The translations under genes were made by a program, and so were the position numbers. Below are positions 49,844 to 58,343 of a DNA stretch of 64,000 nucleotides, piece by piece. The DNA comes from Spirochaetaceae bacterium. Lineage in GTDB: Bacteria; Spirochaetota; Spirochaetia; WTKD01. Where the stretch lies: contig WTKD01000014.1 in assembly GCA_011524535.1 (NCBI GenBank), positions 28,519-92,518 on the forward strand, in the 5' to 3' direction. The first letter of the stretch is position 1. The number at the start of each line of letters is the position of its first letter. The notes beneath the pieces were generated by a model that worked only from the letters and a program-made list of their open reading frames with translations, made no database searches and was not told the DNA's origin.

Positions 49844-51328
49844 ATGTCCATTGTTCTTGGAATCGATTGTAGTACACAGAGTCTCACCTCAACTACAATC
49901 GATCTAACATCTAAAGTTTCTTATAATCATTCGGTTTCCTATGTAGCCGACCCTCGGCTACAAGGATTCGGCATTGTTCCTTCTACGGTCTTGGTTCCTC
50001 CTCGCGTATACGGAGAAGCCGATCAGCCCCCTCTACTTTTTTTAAAAGCCCTTGACTGTCTATTTGAAGACCTAGAAGGCGATGCTCGTGTCGACCTTTC
50101 CGAGCTACTCTGTATCAATATATCTGCTCAACAACATGGGCAGGTCTATCTCTCCACTACTGACACTTTTGGCATGTTACAAAGAACATCAGAAAAAGGA
50201 CTCTGTGAACTGTTTGCTGATAGTTTTTCTTATCAACTTGCACCTACGTGGATGACTAGCAACACTTCTTCCCAATATGAGGAATTTATCGCTTCTTATC
50301 CTGGGAATATACGCGATACGATCGGTTCTGACCTTGCTCTTCGATTTAGCGGTCTCGTTATAAAAAGAATTTTTCAGACATTTCCAAAAGTTTACGAATG
50401 CACACAGCGCATCCATCTTATCAGTAGCTTCCTCTCCAGTATCCTATCAGGAAGAGATGGACCCATCGATATAGGGAACGGAGCGGGGACAGGACTCATG
50501 CATTTCAAAAAACGCATATGGGACATGAATTTATTAGACGCCTGCATAGATCGCACGACGTTAGGACAAAAATTACCTCCCCTTGCTCCTCCACACGAGC
50601 CTCTCGGACCATTAGCTCCATATTTTACAGAGAAATACGGAGTAAACCCTAGATGTACCGTGCTGGTTGGCAGCGGAGATAATTGTCAAACAAAATCATG
50701 CATAGATGGCACCCTACTTAGTCTTGGTTCAAGCTTTGTAGTCATGAGCGATTTGCCCATTACCAGTAATTTGCTTGACACAGAGGGTTTAATGACGATG
50801 TACGATGGATTAGGAAAGTCTTACAGCATGGTATGTAAAACCAATGGGGCCCTCGTTTGGGATATGGTCAGAGGGGAACATTCCTACGAAGAAGCTGAAA
50901 CGGAACTTCAAAGAAAACGTTTCTCTTCTCCAGAGCCAATCATATGTCATCCTGTACGGGAAACATTTCCGAAGGGTGATCATGTCCATACATCGGTTCC
51001 GGAGGATTTTTCTCTCTACGCAAACGTTGTAGAAAGTTCTATAGCCGAGTTGGCGAAACATTGGAACATTGTATATCCACAGCCTGAGGCTCTGTATGTC
51101 ACCGGAGGCCCTTCACATTCACATGAGATACTATTTCGCATAAGTGCCTTGTGGAATTGTCCAGTTTTTCCCGTAAGCAATGCAGGCGCTTCCTATGGAG
51201 CCGCATACGTGGCTGCCGGTACTGTAGACACTACGTCCACTTCGCATATACCACAACAAAATTTGCAACGTATCGAAGCTTCTACTGAGTTACGGACTTC
51301 TGCGCAGCATTTTCTGAAAAAATTATAG
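49844..51328 (+). CDS. xylB: Xylulokinase (FGGY family, eukaryote-like subtype)
   Basis: GIDCSTQS, SAQQHG, GDN, LSLGSS, TGG; immediately follows xylA. Confidence 0.82.
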   Translation: MSIVLGIDCSTQSLTSTTIDLTSKVSYNHSVSYVADPRLQGFGIVPSTVLVPPRVYGEADQPPLLFLKALDCLFEDLEGDARVDLSELLCINISAQQHGQVYLSTTDTFGMLQRTSEKGLCELFADSFSYQLAPTWMTSNTSSQYEEFIASYPGNIRDTIGSDLALRFSGLVIKRIFQTFPKVYECTQRIHLISSFLSSILSGRDGPIDIGNGAGTGLMHFKKRIWDMNLLDACIDRTTLGQKLPPLAPPHEPLGPLAPYFTEKYGVNPRCTVLVGSGDNCQTKSCIDGTLLSLGSSFVVMSDLPITSNLLDTEGLMTMYDGLGKSYSMVCKTNGALVWDMVRGEHSYEEAETELQRKRFSSPEPIICHPVRETFPKGDHVHTSVPEDFSLYANVVESSIAELAKHWNIVYPQPEALYVTGGPSHSHEILFRISALWNCPVFPVSNAGASYGAAYVAAGTVDTTSTSHIPQQNLQRIEASTELRTSAQHFLKKL

Positions 51329-51391
51329 CCTTCTACATTCTGGCCTATATGGTAAATCGAGGAGGTGGCGCGGATGATATGTATGTAAAGC

Positions 51392-52372
51392 TTATTCAGG
51401 AATATGCTCTAGAATATAGGACATATACGTTATACCATCCATTCCATCTCCAAGACCAACATCAATGTGAACCGTAATCTGCTTGGCTGCCCCCTCATAT
51501 TTTTGTTCTTTTTTGGAAAAAATCATGCCAGAAAGCACCTTAATTTGTTCAATGCCTTTAGCTTTTGCAGTAACCATCTCCGCATCTAAGAAATCAATTG
51601 TTTTCGTGAGCTGCTCTTCATTCTTATTTGTTGCGATTATATTGCACACAACGATGCTCCCTCCCAATTTCATTTGTTTGTATGCTCGTTTATATTCGGG
51701 ATGTGTCGTCAAATGCGGGTAGCGAACGGCAGCAATTCGTGGATGATCTTGTAAAAATCTGGCCAGTCGCAGAGCATTATTACTCCTTTGTTCTGCCTCT
51801 AATCCATGGATTTCCCATTCGCGACTCAATTCCCGGGTGTTTATAGAAGATATATCAAGATTTAATGCTTTTACAAAAGGATTAACAGTATCGATATATT
51901 CTCCATAAGACAATATGACTCCGGCTTTTAATGCGCGACTTCCAACACTACACACAGTTGCATCCACTCCATGCAAAGAAGGATCCAGAAGATGCATACC
52001 CACTTGATAATTATTAACAATTACCAACAGGTTATGGCGACGAGCAATGCGAACGATTCCCTCAATATCCAATATTCTTAAGGAATACGTTGTCGGAGTT
52101 GCAAAAAACAGCAAGCGTGTATTCTCTTTGATGAAAGATTCCCATGCGATACTGTCTGCATTAGGGGACACCGAGTTAGTCTCGATGCCCCAGGATGACA
52201 ACACAGATTCAAACAGATACGTTGTAGAATTCATCACATCACTACAATATACGACGTGATCTCCAGATTTCAAGCAAGGGAGAATCGCACAGGCAACTGC
52301 ATTTTCAACCGATGAAGTCAAGATTCCTTTCTCATATGCAGAGACGGCTAATATTCTTTCGAGTAAACTCAT
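51392..52372 (-). CDS. Cys/Met-metabolism PLP-enzyme-like protein (MetZ/MetB fold), degenerate
   Basis: LKSGDHVV, NTRLLFFATP, NALRLARFL..HP.I..VRYPHL..HP.Y..A.KQM..GG. The PLP-Lys motif is absent. Confidence 0.7.
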   Translation of the reverse strand: MSLLERILAVSAYEKGILTSSVENAVACAILPCLKSGDHVVYCSDVMNSTTYLFESVLSSWGIETNSVSPNADSIAWESFIKENTRLLFFATPTTYSLRILDIEGIVRIARRHNLLVIVNNYQVGMHLLDPSLHGVDATVCSVGSRALKAGVILSYGEYIDTVNPFVKALNLDISSINTRELSREWEIHGLEAEQRSNNALRLARFLQDHPRIAAVRYPHLTTHPEYKRAYKQMKLGGSIVVCNIIATNKNEEQLTKTIDFLDAEMVTAKAKGIEQIKVLSGMIFSKKEQKYEGAAKQITVHIDVGLGDGMDGITYMSYILEHIPE

Positions 52373-52607
52373 GTATCTAGTACTTCTTATATTATTCTAC
52401 CATTCTCTATGGGTGAATTATTTGCTTTGTGTATAAAGTAGATTCATTCTTGTATCTTATAAATGGTGTACAAAACTTTGATGTAAATCACTTGAATCGC
52501 CACGTATCAAAATCTTGCATGATTTTCTGCAATCTTCACGATGTTCTACTTCGAGCAGCCCATGTGCGCATGACTTGAGTAATCGATAAGCAGCCTATCA
52601 CTTAGTA

Positions 52608-53351
52608 CTACGTAATATCGCCTAGGTATAGGTTTCGGGCAACCTCATTGTACATCAGTTCCTCTCTGCTACCGGAAACAACAATATTCCCTTCATGAAT
52701 TATAAAACAACGATCTGTAATATCCATAGTATCACGCTCGTTGTGGTCTGTGATGAGCACCCCTATACCTTTCCGACTAAGATCCACAATAATTTTCTTT
52801 ATTTCCGCTCTTGCTCGGGGATCGATACCCGTAAATGGCTCATCCAACAACAAAAATACCGGATTAGTCGCCATAGCCCGTGCTATTTCCGTCCTTCGCC
52901 GTTCCCCTCCAGATAATGTATACGCGCGTTGTTTCCGTTTTTCAAAAATGCCAAGTTCTTTCAATAATGATTGTTTAAGAAATAGTTTTTCCTCTTGAGG
53001 AATATCTTTTCGCCCTTCGAGGACAGCCCAAATATTTTGTTCCACTGTAAGTTTGCGAAAGACCGATGGCTCTTGTGGAAGATATGAAAGACCCGACTGA
53101 GCTCGTCGATACATAGGCATATTGGTTACTTCGATACCATTGAGATAAATGTCTCCCACATCTGGTCTAACGAATCCAACTACCATATAAAACAATGTCG
53201 TTTTCCCAGCTCCATTCGGCCCCAGCAACCCCACCACTTCTCCCGTGCACATAGAAAAACTCACTCCCTTAACCGCATGTTTTTTTCCAAACCGCTTATG
53301 GACTTTTCCAACTCTCAAGATACTTTTATTACGAGTGCTAATTTTGTCCAT
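52608..53351 (-). CDS. lptB: LPS export ABC ATP-binding protein
   Basis: GPNGAGKTT, YLPQEPSVFRKL, LSGGERRR, LDEPF, ITDHN. Confidence 0.95.
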   Translation of the reverse strand: MDKISTRNKSILRVGKVHKRFGKKHAVKGVSFSMCTGEVVGLLGPNGAGKTTLFYMVVGFVRPDVGDIYLNGIEVTNMPMYRRAQSGLSYLPQEPSVFRKLTVEQNIWAVLEGRKDIPQEEKLFLKQSLLKELGIFEKRKQRAYTLSGGERRRTEIARAMATNPVFLLLDEPFTGIDPRARAEIKKIIVDLSRKGIGVLITDHNERDTMDITDRCFIIHEGNIVVSGSREELMYNEVARNLYLGDIT

Positions 53352-53384
53352 ATATTTTCTTTACGTATGCTTTAATGAATTCCT

Positions 53385-54092
53385 TCATTCATCGTTTGTC
53401 ACAATTGCACCGCTCACGCGTCCAATCAATTCAACTTCTTCTGTCTCAAGGTTTATATTCATTGTTTGCGCCTGATACTTGTCTTCCCCCCAAGTCACTG
53501 ATGGGTATCCCTCCAGCCGTAACTTTTCACTCTCGCGTTGGTACACAACCAGCTCAGATCGAACAAAAAGGTCATCTTGCACGACACGAACCCCTATTTT
53601 GAATACCACCCTGTTCGACTGATCTAATATCTCGATACTCTGTGCGCGTGCAACAAGATTGTTTTTTTTATCATCCAAAAAAACTCCGCCGCTGGCAATC
53701 GCCTCTTCGGTAACACGATCAAAAAAAAGCTCTCGAGATTCGAGTTGTATTTCGTTTTCTTCATCTATAAAAAGGACATCACCAATAGACCGAACAAATC
53801 GAAAATCTTCACCATATAATTCAATTTCATCTGCGCTCAGCGTTATAGATTGCGTCTTTATAGCAGCATTCCCTCGAAGTAAGGTATACTCACGTCCTTC
53901 TTTGAGGTTTACCGATGTTTGATCCCCTGAAAACTCGAAACTGTCTCGGCTGTCTCCTTCATCCACATTATCTCCGGTGGAGAGTTCTTCATTATTTTCG
54001 ACGTCTTGATTAATGGACGCTTCTTGCGCAATCAAACGTGGTAAAAAAGAAACGATCAAAAAACATATCAAAAGCGTTTTATTCTTCTTCAT
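53385..54092 (-). CDS. lptA: LptA/OstA-family protein
   Basis: Signal peptide from ATG 54092, beta-jellyroll-like pattern, position between lptC and lptB. Confidence 0.75.
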   Translation of the reverse strand: MKKNKTLLICFLIVSFLPRLIAQEASINQDVENNEELSTGDNVDEGDSRDSFEFSGDQTSVNLKEGREYTLLRGNAAIKTQSITLSADEIELYGEDFRFVRSIGDVLFIDEENEIQLESRELFFDRVTEEAIASGGVFLDDKKNNLVARAQSIEILDQSNRVVFKIGVRVVQDDLFVRSELVVYQRESEKLRLEGYPSVTWGEDKYQAQTMNINLETEEVELIGRVSGAIVTNDE

Positions 54093-54699
54093 TATCTTCG
54101 ATGTCCAGCTGCTCTTCCTCAGTATTTTCGATGTCTGACTGTTCTTCTTCGTTCTTACTGGTGTATAACAACCCTTTTGCCCTGTCTTTGAATTCAACTA
54201 GCTGTGTATTTGCATTGATACTAAGATTTTTTCCCGTCATAGAAGATCCAGCATCCGTGGTAATAAGTACATCTTCAGGAGAACTGCTTTCGAGTAATTT
54301 TTCTTCGTCGTTCCATTGAAATGAATCCCCTTCTAGAGTGGTTTCTTCTTTTTCCGAACGCAAATATATATTACCAGACATAGACATATTGTTGGTTTCA
54401 AGATCGAGTTCTACAAAGTCTGCCTCCACTATAAGCACCAACGCATCGCCTTCGTATTGCTCGATTCGAAGCTCTTTTACTTCTTGTCTCCCTGGATCTG
54501 AGAAATATGAAGCTTCTGCAAATTTCGATATCCTGAGTTCATCAGAAACATCATATGAAACACCATTATACAGGACTATAGTCGGTACATCTACTTTCAG
54601 TTCTGTATCAATTTCGGTATTTTCTGCATCAGTCTCTCCCCCACAACTACCAAGGAAAACAACCATAGTAATCACAAAAAAGAGTCTATTTATTTTCAT
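54079..54699 (-). CDS. lptC: LptC-like lipoprotein
   Basis: Lipobox FLGS-C, acidic beta-rich body, pyrG-lptC-lptA-lptB synteny. Confidence 0.72.
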   Translation of the reverse strand: MKINRLFFVITMVVFLGSCGGETDAENTEIDTELKVDVPTIVLYNGVSYDVSDELRISKFAEASYFSDPGRQEVKELRIEQYEGDALVLIVEADFVELDLETNNMSMSGNIYLRSEKEETTLEGDSFQWNDEEKLLESSSPEDVLITTDAGSSMTGKNLSINANTQLVEFKDRAKGLLYTSKNEEEQSDIENTEEEQLDIEDNEEE

Positions 54700-56296
54700 A
54701 ATAAAATTGTAATGCATGTTTTATAAATGAAACATATAGAGGATGAGGATCGAGAGGTTTTGATTTCAATTCTGGATGGAATTGCACGCCAACTCCCCAT
54801 GGATGATCTTTCCACTCAACCGCTTCAATAAATTCGTTTATCGAATCCTTCGCACTGAGTCGCAACCCATTACCCGCCAATTGATCTACATACCGTTGAG
54901 TAACTTCATATCTATGTCTATGTCTTTCAAAAATTTCCGATATTCCATATGCCCTGCCGATGACACTATCTTTCAGTAAATGAATTTTTGAACTCCCTAA
55001 GCGCATAGTACCACCCAATTCCTGCGCAGTATCTTGTTCTTCTAATAAACTAATAACGGGGTTATTTGTTTCTGGATGAAACTCACTACTTTGAGCATCT
55101 TTTAACCCTAGCACATTTCTTGAAAATTCGATTACCATCATCTGCATACCAAGACAAATCGAGAAAAACGGAATATTGTTCAACCGGGCATACTCGATTG
55201 GATAAATAAGCTCCAAAGCACCCCGGATACCAAATCCTCCCGGAACAATAACCCCAGAAACACCAGAAAATAATTCTGATAAATCCGTATCTTCATTAAT
55301 TTCCTCGGCATTTACTTTTCGAAGGTTCACACGAACCTTGTTTGAGATGCCGCCATGTTGCAATGCTTGATCGACAGACATATATGTGTCGCTTTGTTCG
55401 ATATATTTTCCAACAAACAGTATATCCAAGCTATCCTCGGCATTTTTGGTAACTTCGACTATATTTTTCCAGTCCTGCAACGCTACTATTTTTGTTGGCA
55501 ATCCAAGCCTACGCAACACAATGTGATCCAATTTTTGTTCATGCAAAATGAGTGGAATTTCATATATGTCCTCACAATCGTGGGCACTGATAACCGAATC
55601 TTCGCGTATACTCGTGAACAAAGATAATTTTTTTCTTTCTTCTAGCAATAGTTGGCTCGGGGATCGGCAGACTAAGGCATCCGGATATATCCCTGCAGCG
55701 CGTAAATCTCTCACCGAGTGCTGGGCAGGTTTTGTCTTTTTCTCATTGTTTGAAAGAACGGGCAAAAGCACCAAATGCAATGACAGAGAATCTTCCCGTG
55801 GGCGTTCGTACATGATCTGCCTTACCGCCTCAAGGAATGGCAAAGATTCAATATCCCCGACCGTTCCACCAAGCTCGATGATGGCAATGTCAGCCCCTGC
55901 GTTTTCAGCACATTCGTAGATTTTTCTTTTTATTTTGTTTGTGATGTGGGGAACGACTTGTACGGTTCGTCCCAAATATTGCCCTTCTCGTTCCGCTCGA
56001 ATAACTTCATTATAGACCTGTCCTGTAGTTATTGAATTTGCCCTCGATAACATCGATGAGGTAAATCGTGAATACGTACCAAGATCGAGATCGGTTTCGG
56101 CACCATCATCGGTTACATATACCTCTCCGTGCTGGTAGGGGCTCATCGTTCCAGGATCTACATTTATATAGGGATCCACTTTTATGAGACAAATCTTTTT
56201 CTTATGGTGTTCGAGTATACACCCCAAGCTCGCTGCGACCAAGCCCTTACCCAAAGAAGAACATACACCACCGGTAACGAACACATACTTTACCAT
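54686..56296 (-). CDS. pyrG: CTP synthase
   Basis: VTGGVCSSLGKG, DPYINVDPGTMSPYQHGE, KTKPAQ, CLGMQ, QFHPE. Confidence 0.98.
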   Translation of the reverse strand: MVKYVFVTGGVCSSLGKGLVAASLGCILEHHKKKICLIKVDPYINVDPGTMSPYQHGEVYVTDDGAETDLDLGTYSRFTSSMLSRANSITTGQVYNEVIRAEREGQYLGRTVQVVPHITNKIKRKIYECAENAGADIAIIELGGTVGDIESLPFLEAVRQIMYERPREDSLSLHLVLLPVLSNNEKKTKPAQHSVRDLRAAGIYPDALVCRSPSQLLLEERKKLSLFTSIREDSVISAHDCEDIYEIPLILHEQKLDHIVLRRLGLPTKIVALQDWKNIVEVTKNAEDSLDILFVGKYIEQSDTYMSVDQALQHGGISNKVRVNLRKVNAEEINEDTDLSELFSGVSGVIVPGGFGIRGALELIYPIEYARLNNIPFFSICLGMQMMVIEFSRNVLGLKDAQSSEFHPETNNPVISLLEEQDTAQELGGTMRLGSSKIHLLKDSVIGRAYGISEIFERHRHRYEVTQRYVDQLAGNGLRLSAKDSINEFIEAVEWKDHPWGVGVQFHPELKSKPLDPHPLYVSFIKHALQFYYENK

Positions 56297-56357
56297 AATG
56301 TATTGTACATGTAGTCCCGTACATGGAGAATAGTGTTACACTAACAGAATCTATACT

Positions 56358-57032
56358 ATGATGGAGACTAACAACCAACTCAATATTGCTACCCTGGGGA
56401 CTATATCCTATGAAAAGGCCTGGGACATGCAGCAAGAACTCCATGCCTCAAGGATTCGTGACGAAATACCCGATACTTTACTCCTACTTGAACATACACC
56501 GGTCATAACACTGGGAACCCGTGGTTCAAATGACGATCTTCTCGTAGATACAGAAGAAATCACTCGCCGTGGAGTTTCTATTCACCGAGCAACTCGAGGG
56601 GGACAAGCCACCCTCCACAGTCCAGGCCAATTGGTCGGATATTTCATCTGCAATGTACGCAATATTGAAAGAAAAGTAAGAATGTTTGTCACTGCAATCG
56701 AGGATAGCCTCATTCAAACCTTAAAAAAATACAATGTTGATGGGCAATCTGTGCAAAACCATCCAGGAATTTGGATAAAAGATAAGAAAATAGCTTCCAT
56801 AGGGCTCTCAATCTCAAAAGCCACGACAATGCACGGGTTTGCCTTAAATTGTACCACCGATCTTGGTCTATTTTCACTCCTGAGCCCCTGCGGACTAGAG
56901 CCCTCACAAATGTGCAGCATAGAGAGTATTAGACCCTCAGGCACCGAGTGTTCGGTTGCGCATGTTATCGAATCATATATAACCCATGGCATACCATCAT
57001 TCGGGTATGCAGATACTGTCCAAACGACTTGA
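56358..57032 (+). CDS. lipB: Octanoyltransferase
   Basis: LLEHTPVITLG, RGGQATLHSPGQLVGY, KIASIG, HGFALN, PCG. Confidence 0.93.
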   Translation: MMETNNQLNIATLGTISYEKAWDMQQELHASRIRDEIPDTLLLLEHTPVITLGTRGSNDDLLVDTEEITRRGVSIHRATRGGQATLHSPGQLVGYFICNVRNIERKVRMFVTAIEDSLIQTLKKYNVDGQSVQNHPGIWIKDKKIASIGLSISKATTMHGFALNCTTDLGLFSLLSPCGLEPSQMCSIESIRPSGTECSVAHVIESYITHGIPSFGYADTVQTT

Positions 57033-57104
57033 TCCTGCGTGATTAGCAATAAAGACAGAAAATCTATCATCGAGAGGATGTCTATGTTGCCTTTTATATG
57101 AATA

Positions 57105-57968
57105 TTACTGCTTTTTTTCTAGTTTTTCAGATGAAGAAATTTCTTCGGTGATGCTTGTCATCTCTAGCATAGCGCCTTTTTTGTCTGGTAGGATAACTGG
57201 AAACTCAAGATACTCAGCGTTAGTACATTTTCCATCCTCAACATCGATGTACACACCCTGTAATGCTATGTCTTGAAAGGCTGATTTATGGTAGCGGGGT
57301 ATTCCAGTCAGAAATTGTTGCACGTAGGATTGTGGTTCCATACCACCGATACCGGTTTGAGAACCACATAAGCCGCTATCGGTGATCGTTGCGGTTGTTT
57401 GCTGTAAAATTCTCAAATCATTTGTTAGGATGCGCTGCCCCGTACCAAAAAATGCCGTTATCTTCCCTTGAAAAGCATACATAACGGTTTGTTTCTCGGC
57501 AGTGGAATAAGAATGCATGTCTACAAATATCCCATCTACTGGATTTTTTAATGAATGTAGTATTCTATCGATCGTTGAAATAACATTACTCGTTATATTC
57601 CTATTTTGCCAAGCTTGTCCGAGCACATTTATACACAAATATTTTTTCCCATCTATTGAAAAAAACTTGAGCCCCCTCCCTGGCGATCGACGATCATAGT
57701 TTGCAGGACGTATCACGTGCGAGAATGAGTCAATATTTTCGACAAAATCCTTACGCGTATAGCAGGCATCTCCACCGGTGATAAGATTAATCCCCAATTT
57801 TCTCAAAAAAAGCGTATAACTTTTTCCAAGTCCAGCTCCGTTCACAGCTCCATCGCCGTTTGCTATAACATAAGAAATGTTTAAAGATGTTCGAATTTCT
57901 GGTAATCCATATCGAACAGCATGAACCCCGGCACTTCCAACAATTTCGCCAAGAAACAAAATACGCAT
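57105..57968 (-). CDS. YmdB/TIGR00282-family metallophosphoesterase-like protein
   Basis: MRILFLGEIVG, RPANY...PGRG, VDMH..STAEK, TDSGLCG. Confidence 0.82.
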   Translation of the reverse strand: MRILFLGEIVGSAGVHAVRYGLPEIRTSLNISYVIANGDGAVNGAGLGKSYTLFLRKLGINLITGGDACYTRKDFVENIDSFSHVIRPANYDRRSPGRGLKFFSIDGKKYLCINVLGQAWQNRNITSNVISTIDRILHSLKNPVDGIFVDMHSYSTAEKQTVMYAFQGKITAFFGTGQRILTNDLRILQQTTATITDSGLCGSQTGIGGMEPQSYVQQFLTGIPRYHKSAFQDIALQGVYIDVEDGKCTNAEYLEFPVILPDKKGAMLEMTSITEEISSSEKLEKKQ

Positions 57969-58125
57969 TTGTTGCATATTACTGCAATGCATTTCTTCTG
58001 TATATCATTCGGCAGAGCCCAACGTATCATTCTTGTATCTGTGAACGCTACATCGCTCGCCTCCTGTTTCCGCAGATTGTCTTTTGCTTGTTTCCCAATT
58101 AGCAATACCGTAGACTAAAGTACTT

Positions 58126-58207
58126 GCCCGAGTGGTGGAATTGGTAGACACGCTAGGTTCAGGGTCTAGTGGCGAAAGCTGTGGAGGTTCGAATCCTCTC
58201 TCGGGCA
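58126..58207 (+). tRNA. tRNA-Leu(CAG)
   Basis: GCCCGAG...CTCGGGCA, anticodon arm CTAGG-TTCAGGG-TCTAG, long variable arm. Confidence 0.96.
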
Positions 58208-58290
58208 TACCCTCTCAAGCCACCTTAACACCCCACGAAAACATTTTCCTCCGTGCATCCTTTCTTCTTTAAAATTTGATTAAATAATAG

Positions 58291-58327
58291 AATAATATTG
58301 ACTATTAAAATTTATTTTAATATTATT
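58291..58327 (+). promoter_or_regulatory. Putative promoter embedded in an inverted repeat
   Basis: TTGACT-17 nt-TATTAT flanked by AATAATATT/AATATTATT. The AT-rich context makes a chance match plausible. Confidence 0.45.
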
Positions 58328-58343
58328 TTATAGTGAGATTTTA

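Noticed and set aside
58005..58208. 67-aa minus-strand ORF
   Set aside because: It is the antisense reading of tRNA-Leu(CAG).
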